A stretch of DNA of 64,000 bases from Bradymonadia bacterium. GTDB taxonomy: Bacteria > Myxococcota_A > Bradymonadia > UBA7976 > UBA1532. How positions within the stretch are numbered: position 1 is the first letter of the stretch; every line of letters begins with the position of its first letter. Made by a program: the position numbers and the translations under genes. Under the pieces are notes generated by a model, which was given only the letters and a program-made list of their open reading frames with translations, ran no database searches and was not told the DNA's origin. The DNA lies in NCBI GenBank assembly GCA_046290225.1, contig JBKAGE010000037.1:64001-128000 (forward strand). Direction: 5' to 3'. This document shows positions 40,031 through 48,645 of the stretch, one piece after another.

Positions 40031-42205
40031 TCAGTCACATTGCATCTGGCCAAACCGCAAGTGGCCATCAGGCTCTCCGGGGGGCGCGTTCTCACGGCGT
40101 GCCGTCCAAATGACGTGGGCAGTGTTTCCCTCTGTGAACTTCATCTGACCCAACATGGCGCTGCCAAGCGGGCTCCGGGCCAGCTCGAGGTTGCCCACGG
40201 GGATCAGAGCATCGTCGAGCAGGTGCACAGTGAAGACATCTTCTGCAGCAGTACGCTGCACGTAGGTCTGAGCCGAGCCACCATCATATTGCAGCATCTG
40301 CACATCACCCACGAGGTTGCCGGGGCCGACGACGGGCCTGCTGATGCCCCAATCTCCATGTGAGATCTCGAAGGTCAGCAGCGTGTCGGTCACCGAGCGG
40401 TAGCTGACGATTGGGTTGAACGGCATGGCGGTGAACGGGCTCCACAACGACAACGGGCTCGCCGGCAGCTCGCTCTCGAGGAGCACATGCTCGCCCACGT
40501 GTTCGACGTTGTTCGCGACAGAGATGCCGTTCACCAACCTCAAATGAAGCTGTAGGGCATGACCGTCATCATCGAGCTCGGCGACAGAGACCACCTGAGA
40601 CTGAATCGGGCTGTTGGCGGCCACACCAGGCATCACAGGCAAGAGCGGGCGCTGAGGCGTACCCAGAGCCATGGGGCTCAACTGAGAGAGCGGGTCGAGC
40701 TCAGTGAGGAGATCGACCTCGACGACGAACGCTCCAGCAGGGGTCACGTCTCCCGGGCCCTTGAGCACAGTCACCATGACCAGAGAGGCGTTGCCACCAC
40801 CTTCTTGCCCGCCCCCGAAAATCGGGAAGAACTGTGTCGCCGTGACCCCCAGCACCGGGCCGTCGATCGGCAACGTGATGGGCACACCTGCGTGGGTGGG
40901 GTTGTTGGCCAGATAGAAGGTCAACGCGCCGGGTAGATCAGGGTCTTGCTCATTGGTTTGAGCCCCCACTACCAGCAAGTCACCGAACGTCGTCACCTCT
41001 GCCGCCACGTCAGTGAAGGCAAAGCCCGGCTCAGGTCTCAGGGGGTTGAGATTCGACGGAAGTTGTTGATTGGCCTGATGCCACTGCCAACCATGTACCG
41101 CCCCTGACTCGACCCAGGCCGCGACAGCTCTGTTGTTGTCATAGTCGAAGGCGAGCTTTTCCACGGCCTGTAGATCCACCTCACGTACCACGGTGAAGTC
41201 TGACAGCGCTTCGAGATCACACCCTCGCGTACAGCCAGCGGAACCGTCGGGCAGGAAGTAGCCAGGCACGCATTCCACAATGCACGCCGAGGCGACACAG
41301 GCATTGCGCATATTGGGTGGCGGCGGGCTCTCGTTGCAGATCTCCGATCCGTCTTCGTCGGTGTTGCCGTCACAGTCGTCATCGAGCCCGTTACAGATCT
41401 CGTCTCCGGGCACGATCGGCCCCTGCTCCACCACACATGCCCGAACCCCGTTGTTGCACTCGATGCTCCCCTCGCGCGCGCACTCTCCTAAATCGACCTC
41501 ACAGGGCTCACCGTTCAGCGCCTCGTCGCTGTTGCCGTCACAATCGTTGTCCACATTGTCGCAGATCTCAGGCCGTGGCTCTGGCGCGGCATCCTCGGAC
41601 TCACACACCAGTGTGCCCATGCCCGAGCACACCAGACGCCCTGCGTGTCTGCATGCACCGATGCCGAGCGTGCAGGGATCACCCAACATACGCAGCAACT
41701 CTTCGGACACCCCCTCACAGCTTGGTGGCTGCATATCGGGGCGCTCTGCGTCGGGCACCTCGGCATAGGGGATCTCTACATCGGGTACCTCGACATCAGG
41801 CTCGGCGGCATCTGGTATCTCGGCATCTGGCATCTCGATGGGCCCCAGATCTGGTGCGAGTGCCATGTCAGGCTCTGCCGGACGGGCATCCATGCCCCCC
41901 TGATCAGGGTCGACAGGCTCGGCGTCGATGCCTGTATCCGGCGGGGCCAGATCACGCACCTCCATGTCCAGATCACCATCAGGGGTCATCTGTCGACCGC
42001 CATCGCGGGTCAGCGCATCTTCTGGGGGGTTGACGATCTCGGCATCGGCCCCAGCGATCGTGCAGATGCCCACTTCGATCAAACAGACCGGGGTCCGCAC
42101 CGGACAATCACCGTCTGACGTGCATTCGGCCTCTACATCTGCGGTGCAGCTCGCCAGCCAGAGGGGCGAGCTGCCCAGCAATGTCAGCAACAAACGTCTC
42201 ATCAT
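40031..42205 (-). CDS. Cys-rich surface lipoprotein, paralog 4
   Basis: MMRRLL...LASC; same architecture; ends LRFGQMQCD. Confidence 0.85.
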   Translation of the reverse strand: MMRRLLLTLLGSSPLWLASCTADVEAECTSDGDCPVRTPVCLIEVGICTIAGADAEIVNPPEDALTRDGGRQMTPDGDLDMEVRDLAPPDTGIDAEPVDPDQGGMDARPAEPDMALAPDLGPIEMPDAEIPDAAEPDVEVPDVEIPYAEVPDAERPDMQPPSCEGVSEELLRMLGDPCTLGIGACRHAGRLVCSGMGTLVCESEDAAPEPRPEICDNVDNDCDGNSDEALNGEPCEVDLGECAREGSIECNNGVRACVVEQGPIVPGDEICNGLDDDCDGNTDEDGSEICNESPPPPNMRNACVASACIVECVPGYFLPDGSAGCTRGCDLEALSDFTVVREVDLQAVEKLAFDYDNNRAVAAWVESGAVHGWQWHQANQQLPSNLNPLRPEPGFAFTDVAAEVTTFGDLLVVGAQTNEQDPDLPGALTFYLANNPTHAGVPITLPIDGPVLGVTATQFFPIFGGGQEGGGNASLVMVTVLKGPGDVTPAGAFVVEVDLLTELDPLSQLSPMALGTPQRPLLPVMPGVAANSPIQSQVVSVAELDDDGHALQLHLRLVNGISVANNVEHVGEHVLLESELPASPLSLWSPFTAMPFNPIVSYRSVTDTLLTFEISHGDWGISRPVVGPGNLVGDVQMLQYDGGSAQTYVQRTAAEDVFTVHLLDDALIPVGNLELARSPLGSAMLGQMKFTEGNTAHVIWTARRENAPPGEPDGHLRFGQMQCD

Positions 42206-42232
42206 GTTCCAGTGGTGCTTCAGCCTGGCGCC

Positions 42233-42261
42233 AGAGTAGCTGCCAGCTTCGCCTGAATCCA
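42233..42261 (-). promoter_or_regulatory. Putative promoter of paralog 4
   Basis: TGGATT-N17-TACTCT. Confidence 0.55.
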
Positions 42262-42297
42262 CTCAGACCGTGTCACCCTCGAACGGGCTCGGCGCCC

Positions 42298-43593
42298 TCA
42301 GGGTGCTGGGGCTTCTGCTGGGGGCTGACCCGCGGGGCGGGGCTGCTCGGCGGGGCTCGGCGCCGCCGGCACATTGTTCGTGGGGGCATTGTTCGTGGGG
42401 GCATTGTTCGTGGGGGCAGTGTCTTTGGGCGTCTTCTCGACGGGCGGGGCCTTCGGCGCCGCCGGCTTGGTGGGCGCCAGCTCACCTGGAACCTCATCCG
42501 AGCCCGCTTCGACCTCCCGGCCACCTCCACCGTACTGCTCCCCGAGGGTCTCGATGGCCTTGAGGGTCTCCTGCACCTCGCCGAGGCGCCTCTGACGCTG
42601 TGCCTCGGTGAGACCGGTCTGGCCGCGGGCCTTCAAGTACTTGAAGTACTCGTTGTCGATGGTGAACACCGGGCGGATACGGCCCTTGAGAGAGGACTCG
42701 TAGCTCTGCAGGGTCTGATAGAAGCTGTAGAACTCAGGATCTACGTCGAAGGCCCGGGCGTAAATGCGCGCCGCAACGGCATCGCCTTCACCCTCGATCT
42801 GGCGCGCCTTGCGCTCAGCTGTGGAGCTGATCACCCGCAGGCGGTTCTTCATCTCACCGCTGATGCGCGCCTTCTGACCCAAGCCCTGAGAGCGATACTT
42901 CTCGGCGATCTTGTTTCGCTCGCTCACCATGCGCTTGTAGATGTCTGCCTGCACCTCGTCGACGTAGTTGATGCGCTTGATGCGCACATCGATGACCTCA
43001 ATGCCGTACTCGTCTCGAGCGGTCTTCTGAGCGCTGTCGGTGATCAGGCGCTGGATCGACTCGCGGCCGAACTTGATGCGGTAGAGCAGATCATCTTCGC
43101 TGTTGATGTCGTCACCCTCGGTGCCGATGCTCTGCTCTTCCAGGCGTGCGCGCTCTTCTTGAATGCGACCCACGACCCGGTTCTCGCGATCGGAGCGCAC
43201 CAGCTCGATGAGGTCGTTGTTGGTGATGATGTCTCGCACCTGGGAATCGAGCAGATCGTCAAGACGGCTCTGAGCGCCGCTGGCATCGCGGACCGACTCG
43301 AGGAACTTCAGCGGATCGACCACCCGCCAGCGGGCGGTGGTGTCCACCTCGATGTACTTCTTGTCCCGGGTGGTCACCTGGCTCTTGGAGCCGTCCCAAC
43401 GGATGTACCGTTTGTCGAAATAACGCGCGGTGTGCCACGGCATCTTGAAGTGGATGCCGGCATCGGTCTGCGTGGAGATGGGCTTGCCGAACTCCGTGAC
43501 CACCACCTGCTCGGTCTCGGTGATCACATACAGGCTCTGGCTGCCCACAACTGCGATCAGCGCCACGAGGGCGAGGGCGATGTAACGCTTCAT
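42298..43593 (-). CDS. hflC: FtsH modulator HflC with low-complexity C-terminal extension
   Basis: VVTEFGKP, GIHFKMP, DVRIKRINY, RMVSER and DPEFYSFYQTLQSY; tail includes TNN(A/V)P x3 from a 15-bp repeat at 42372-42418. Confidence 0.9.
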   Translation of the reverse strand: MKRYIALALVALIAVVGSQSLYVITETEQVVVTEFGKPISTQTDAGIHFKMPWHTARYFDKRYIRWDGSKSQVTTRDKKYIEVDTTARWRVVDPLKFLESVRDASGAQSRLDDLLDSQVRDIITNNDLIELVRSDRENRVVGRIQEERARLEEQSIGTEGDDINSEDDLLYRIKFGRESIQRLITDSAQKTARDEYGIEVIDVRIKRINYVDEVQADIYKRMVSERNKIAEKYRSQGLGQKARISGEMKNRLRVISSTAERKARQIEGEGDAVAARIYARAFDVDPEFYSFYQTLQSYESSLKGRIRPVFTIDNEYFKYLKARGQTGLTEAQRQRRLGEVQETLKAIETLGEQYGGGGREVEAGSDEVPGELAPTKPAAPKAPPVEKTPKDTAPTNNAPTNNAPTNNVPAAPSPAEQPRPAGQPPAEAPAP

Positions 43594-44654
43594 CGGGCAC
43601 CCCCCTGAGTCGCCTTGGGGCCAACGCCCTTGCCACTGAGATCGAGGAAGGGCAACAGGCCTTGCTGATCGGGATCGATCAAGATGACCTCTTCCATGCG
43701 CGGCAGTACCCGCTCCATGGTCTCGAGGTACATCCGGCGCCGGGTGACGTCGGGGGCCTTGAGATACTCCTCGTACACCCGGGTGAACTTCTGCACGTCA
43801 CCGAGGGCCTGGTTGATGCGCTGTGAGCGGTAACCCTGGGCCACCTGCACGCGCTGGAGCGCCTCACCTTCAGCTTTAGGCACCTGCTTGTTGAACTCCC
43901 GGCGGGCCTCGTCGACAAAGCGCTCTCGATCCTGCTGAGCCTTGTTGACGTCGTTGTACGCCGACTGCACCGACTGAGGCGGCTTCACGTCCCGAAGCTC
44001 CAGAGAGGTGATCTGGATGCCGGTCTCGTACTCTTCCATCTTCTTCTGCAGGTTCTTCAAAACGTCTTGCTGCAGACGAGAGCGGCCCACGGTGAGCACC
44101 TCTTCTACGGTCATGTCGCCGACGACGCTGCGCATGACCGACTCGCTCATGTCCCGCAGCGTCTTCACCGGCTCCTCGTTCTTGAAGAGGTAGTTCTGCG
44201 GGTCGACGATCTTGTACTGCACCACCCACTCGACGTCGGCGATGTTGAGATCACCAGTGAGGAGCAGGCTCTCGTCGTCGAACTCTTCGCGGCTGTAGGT
44301 GGTGCGCTTGTCGGCCCTGAGGGTGCGCAGGCCGAACTCTTCTTTGTGCACCGTCTCTGTGGCCACTCGGTGCACCTTGTCGATGCCGAAGGGCAGCTTG
44401 AAGTGGAACCCCGGAGAGACGGTGTCGTGGTACTCGCCAAAGCGCATGACCACCCCCTTCTCTTGAGGCTCGATGGAATAGCCAGAGGTGATGAGCAGCC
44501 CACCGACGATGAGGGCGGCCCCCACGACGATGGCGATGCGCACCGCCTGCTTGGGGTCGATGTTCAGCTCGGGGGGGCCAAACTGCCCACCACCACCGCC
44601 GCCGCCACCGCCGGAGCGGCGACCGCTGAACTGGTCATTGGGATCCCAGGGCAT
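43590..44654 (-). CDS. hflK: FtsH modulator HflK
   Basis: GVVMRFG, LLTGDLNIADV, YLKAPDVTRRRMYLETME. Confidence 0.93.
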   Translation of the reverse strand: MPWDPNDQFSGRRSGGGGGGGGGQFGPPELNIDPKQAVRIAIVVGAALIVGGLLITSGYSIEPQEKGVVMRFGEYHDTVSPGFHFKLPFGIDKVHRVATETVHKEEFGLRTLRADKRTTYSREEFDDESLLLTGDLNIADVEWVVQYKIVDPQNYLFKNEEPVKTLRDMSESVMRSVVGDMTVEEVLTVGRSRLQQDVLKNLQKKMEEYETGIQITSLELRDVKPPQSVQSAYNDVNKAQQDRERFVDEARREFNKQVPKAEGEALQRVQVAQGYRSQRINQALGDVQKFTRVYEEYLKAPDVTRRRMYLETMERVLPRMEEVILIDPDQQGLLPFLDLSGKGVGPKATQGGAR

Positions 44655-44916
44655 CCTGTGCTCCTTGTGCGGGTGACTGTCTCACCCACTGTCTCGAGAG
44701 CCACCCTCACTGTCTCAGACAGGTGAGACAGCAGGTGAGGTCAGCTCACCAAGTAGAAATGTTCAAGACTGACATCAATGTCAGGATTTCCGCCCCAGTG
44801 AAGCCACCACCAGGATGCCCACCCTGGTACCCCGGCCCCATCAGAGGCGCTCTCACGCTTTTTATGCCGCGTTCTGCCGCGGCGGTGTCCAACGGAATGC
44901 AACAACGCCGGCCAAA

Positions 44917-44933
44917 CTGGCACGTTTTAAGCA
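44917..44933 (+). promoter_or_regulatory. Putative sigma54 (-24/-12) promoter
   Basis: CTGGCACGTTTTAAGCA, GG-N10-GC spacing, about 47 nt upstream of ORF 44980. Confidence 0.55.
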
Positions 44934-44979
44934 TTACGTCACATTCGTTTTTCCACACATGTAGATTTGGAGCCTCACC

Positions 44980-45219
44980 ATGAACTCGAGCAACACCCCT
45001 CACCTCAGCTACTCCGACGTGCAGGCCCAGGTGGTTTCCTCTGCACTGGCGGGCCGCACGCGCACTCAAGTTGATCTCTCAGGGCCTTTAGATGCCCTGA
45101 TGCTGCCGAGGGTGCCATGGGGGCACGCTTTGGCACCCATGTGCCACCTGGCACACCTGGTGACCACGCTCGAGGTGGTGCACCCGGTCACCCTCGATCT
45201 CGAGGAGGATGCCGCGTAA
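44980..45219 (+). CDS. Small hypothetical protein
   Basis: 79 aa, GGAG RBS, downstream of the sigma54-like site. Confidence 0.5.
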   Translation: MNSSNTPHLSYSDVQAQVVSSALAGRTRTQVDLSGPLDALMLPRVPWGHALAPMCHLAHLVTTLEVVHPVTLDLEEDAA

Positions 45220-45369
45220 ACCCTTGAGGTGTCGGTGGTTTGACGGTCGAACATTCGGTTCGTAGGTGATCGGCCGGATAAAAAAATCATCGCGTTTCTC
45301 AAGTCCCCCGCCAGGGCCGCCGATGTCAAGTCATTGACAGTTCCACGGACGCACCACAGGAGGCCCATT

Positions 45370-45882
45370 ATGTTGACGTGCATCGAATGTCGCTGCTCGA
45401 TCCTGCACCGCCCACAAGAGCCCCTCGTCGAGGTGCAGCACGGTCTGTGTATTCCCTGCTTCACCAAGCGCCTCGAGTCCACCGGGCAGCGCAGCCTGTG
45501 GACGCTCTCCGACGTCGACATCGAGTTGCTGCAGCAAGATGCGCTCATCATCGACGAGCAGCTCTCGGTGGTGGGCATCAACACTCAGGCCTGTAAACGC
45601 TTCAACCTCAAGCCCGTGCGTTGTCGCGGTCGCCGCTTCGACGAGGTCCTCGAGATCCTCGACCGCCCGGAGATCGTCGAATGGTGCGAGGCCAACATCG
45701 AGAGCCGCCGCATCGAGCGTCGAGCCATGGAAGGCCTGCTCGACTTGCCAGAGGGCCCTCAATGGGCGCTGGTGATGCTCACCGTGGGCCGTGGCCGTGG
45801 CTCGGTGGTCATCGACTTCAGCTGGCATAGCCGCACTGAAGATGCTGAGCAGAATCTGCCTGCAGATGTGGTGCACATGTAA
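45370..45882 (+). CDS. Zn-ribbon (CxxC...CxxC) plus PAS-like protein
   Basis: AGGAGG RBS; CIEC...HGLCIPC; LIIDEQLSVVGINTQA PAS-like N-cap. Confidence 0.65.
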   Translation: MLTCIECRCSILHRPQEPLVEVQHGLCIPCFTKRLESTGQRSLWTLSDVDIELLQQDALIIDEQLSVVGINTQACKRFNLKPVRCRGRRFDEVLEILDRPEIVEWCEANIESRRIERRAMEGLLDLPEGPQWALVMLTVGRGRGSVVIDFSWHSRTEDAEQNLPADVVHM

Positions 45883-46021
45883 GAGACCCGCCTGCGATCT
45901 CTGCACGGTCAACTGCGGTTTCTGCCGGCTGACCATCTACTCTCTTCCCGCTCTCCCTTCCGTCCTCTCGTCATCTGCTGGTATGTGAATCCCACCGCAC
46001 ATTGCACGAGGGGTTCGTCTC

Positions 46022-47536
46022 ATGGAGCCAGCGCAGAGCCTCAACATCGCCGAGCGTTTTCTCGACGCCCGCATCGCCGAGGGTGATGGGGATCGCGTCG
46101 CCCTGAAGACCACTGGCGGTGACTTCACCTATGCTCAGGTGCACGATCTCGCGAGCCGCTATGCGACGGTGTTGCGCGATCGAGGTGTACGCCAGGAACA
46201 ACGGGTGATCATCGCGCTCCCCGACGGCGCGGACTTCGTGGGCGCTTTCTTCGGCACCCTGAAGCTGGGGGCGGTGGTGGTGATGGTGAACCCGCACCAG
46301 CCCGCCGATGCCATCTTCGATGTGTGCGATCGCGCCCGAGCACAGGTGTGCGTGCTCTCAGCGGGTACGCTGCCCCACGGCGATACACCCTGGCCCGCCC
46401 GCTGGCTCGAGGTGGGTCACCCTGCAGACGACGAAGCCCTGGCCGGCGCCAGTCCCATGACGCAGACAGTGCCCACGCACCGCGACGATCCGGCGATCTG
46501 GCTGTTCTCCGGAGGCACGACGGGGCGGCCGAAGGCGGTGGTCCAGAGCCACGCCTCCTTCGCGTACACCACGGCCCGCTATGGACACGAGGTGCTGGGC
46601 TATGATCGCGATGACGTGGTGCTCTCGGTGCCCAAGCTCTACTTCGGCTACGCCACGGGGGCCAACCTGCTGTTCCCCTTCTCGGTGGGTGCCACCTCGG
46701 TGCTGTTCTCGGAGCGCTGCACGGTCGATACGCTCTTCGCCATGATCGAGCGCTTCTCGCCGACGATCCTGATCAACGTGCCCACCATGGTGAACCACAT
46801 GGTGAACGCCCCGGAAGCGCCCGACATGGCCTCGCTCCGGCTGTCGACCTCTGCCGGTGAGGCGCTGTCGCCCACCCTGCACGGCCGCTGGCGAGAGCGC
46901 TTTGGAGTGCCCCTCGTCGACGGCCTGGGTACGGCGGAGATGTGGCACATCTTCTTGTCCAACCGCCCCGACAAAGTACAGCCCGGCACGCTGGGCTGGC
47001 CGGTACCAGGCTTCGAGATCGAGCTGCGCGATCCCGAAGGGCGTCCAGTGTCTCAAGGCGAGGTGGGACGCATGTGGGTGAAGGGTGGTGCCCGCGCCAT
47101 CGGATACTGGCAGAACGCCGAGGCTGATCGTGAAGCCTTCGTCGGGCCCTGGTACGCCTCGCAGGACATGTTGTGCCAAAACGCCGACGGCAGCTTCACC
47201 TACTGTGGCCGCGGTGACGACATGCTCAAGGTGTCGGGCCGCTGGGTCTCTCCTCGAGAGGTGGAAGACTCTCTGCTGAGGCACCCGATGGTGAAAGAGG
47301 CTGCGGTGGTGGGGGTGGCCGACGCCGCAGGCCTGGTGAAGCCCTGGGCCTTCATCTTGCCCGCCGAGGGCCTGCCTGCGCACGAAGCTGAAGCGGCGAA
47401 GGCCTTGCAAGATCACGTGAAGTCCGATCTCGAGCCTTACAAGTACCCCCGGCAGGTGCGCTTCATGGCGGATCTGCCCCGCACGCACCTGGGCAAGGTG
47501 AGCCGGGGGGCTCTCAAAAAGATGGCCCACGGCTGA
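46022..47536 (+). CDS. Benzoate-CoA ligase family acyl-CoA synthetase
   Basis: FSGGTTGRPKAV, PKLYFGYATG, SAGEAL, DGLGTAEMWHIF and GRGDDMLKVSG. Confidence 0.87.
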   Translation: MEPAQSLNIAERFLDARIAEGDGDRVALKTTGGDFTYAQVHDLASRYATVLRDRGVRQEQRVIIALPDGADFVGAFFGTLKLGAVVVMVNPHQPADAIFDVCDRARAQVCVLSAGTLPHGDTPWPARWLEVGHPADDEALAGASPMTQTVPTHRDDPAIWLFSGGTTGRPKAVVQSHASFAYTTARYGHEVLGYDRDDVVLSVPKLYFGYATGANLLFPFSVGATSVLFSERCTVDTLFAMIERFSPTILINVPTMVNHMVNAPEAPDMASLRLSTSAGEALSPTLHGRWRERFGVPLVDGLGTAEMWHIFLSNRPDKVQPGTLGWPVPGFEIELRDPEGRPVSQGEVGRMWVKGGARAIGYWQNAEADREAFVGPWYASQDMLCQNADGSFTYCGRGDDMLKVSGRWVSPREVEDSLLRHPMVKEAAVVGVADAAGLVKPWAFILPAEGLPAHEAEAAKALQDHVKSDLEPYKYPRQVRFMADLPRTHLGKVSRGALKKMAHG

Positions 47537-47614
47537 GAGGTCATCGAAAAAACCTGTCAGACTTCTCGAAGGCTCGGCGAACCCCCTGATGAACCACACA
47601 TCAGGAGATTCTTC

Positions 47615-48604
47615 ATGCGCCACGCCACTCGACTCCCCCTCGCTTTCTGTGCTCTCTTCGCCCTCGGCGGCTCTGGCTGCAGCATCTTCTACGACGTCGA
47701 AGAGAGCGCCGGGGTCACCAAAACCATCTTCGACGACACCCTGCCTTCATCTCTCAGCGAGGTCTTTGAAGAGTGCACCGAGCCTCTGATCATCGAAGGG
47801 GGCATCGACGAGATCGACATGCTCGGCAGCTGCACCATCCACGACACCGACAGCGCCGGCGCTGACGCCGTGGTCATGAGCCTCGCGCTCAACGGCCCCA
47901 TCGACCTCGGCGCCTCTATCCCTCGCCGTCTGTACACCGGCACCGAGACCATCGACGGGTTCTCGTGGCCCATGCAGAACTGTGAGGTGGACTTCGACTT
48001 CACCGTGCGCCTCGACAAGCTGAAGATGTACAACCTCGACAGCGCATGGACCAACCACGGCGGCGATCCAGCGCTGTGGATCGACTTCGACTTCAATCGC
48101 TGGGCTGACGTGGTGGAGTTCAAGGTCGAGCACACCGTCGACTGCCCCAGCCGTATCAACGAAGGCATCTTGCGGGGCCTCTTCAACGTGGCCATCCCCA
48201 GCGGATGGCGGCAGATGGAGATCGACGGCCTCGATCTCGACATCTGGGTGGAGCTGTACGACGCCGGTGACGAGGTGGGGGCCGAGCTCGCCCTCGACAT
48301 CGATCTCACCGAGCTCGACACCGACACCTACTTGTCCGATCTGCCCATCTCCGACGAGGTCATCCTCGGCGCATTGGGCTTCAGCCTGAGCAACATCGAA
48401 GACGAGATAGAAGATCAACTGTACGACGCACTCGCGAGCCTGCCCGGCGAGGTGGCCGATCTGATCAATGGGGAACTGCCCGACGGGCACACGGTGTGCT
48501 CGGTGAGCCAGTCTGGTGGTGAGCTCACCGTCACCACCGACGACCCCGGGATCATGGCCTGTGCTCGGGTTCGGACCTGGACGCCTGACCGTATGATCAG
48601 GTGA
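47615..48604 (+). CDS. Acidic lipoprotein of unknown function
   Basis: AGGAG RBS, GGSGC lipobox. Confidence 0.72.
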   Translation: MRHATRLPLAFCALFALGGSGCSIFYDVEESAGVTKTIFDDTLPSSLSEVFEECTEPLIIEGGIDEIDMLGSCTIHDTDSAGADAVVMSLALNGPIDLGASIPRRLYTGTETIDGFSWPMQNCEVDFDFTVRLDKLKMYNLDSAWTNHGGDPALWIDFDFNRWADVVEFKVEHTVDCPSRINEGILRGLFNVAIPSGWRQMEIDGLDLDIWVELYDAGDEVGAELALDIDLTELDTDTYLSDLPISDEVILGALGFSLSNIEDEIEDQLYDALASLPGEVADLINGELPDGHTVCSVSQSGGELTVTTDDPGIMACARVRTWTPDRMIR

Positions 48605-48645
48605 TGGCTGAAAGCTGAGCGCGGAGTCGCTATACTGCCGCGCCC

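Noticed and set aside
33430..41900. CRISPR-like periodic repeats
   Set aside because: These are 15/30-bp degenerate coding repeats for PDAEV-type linkers; there are no unique spacers or cas genes in the window.
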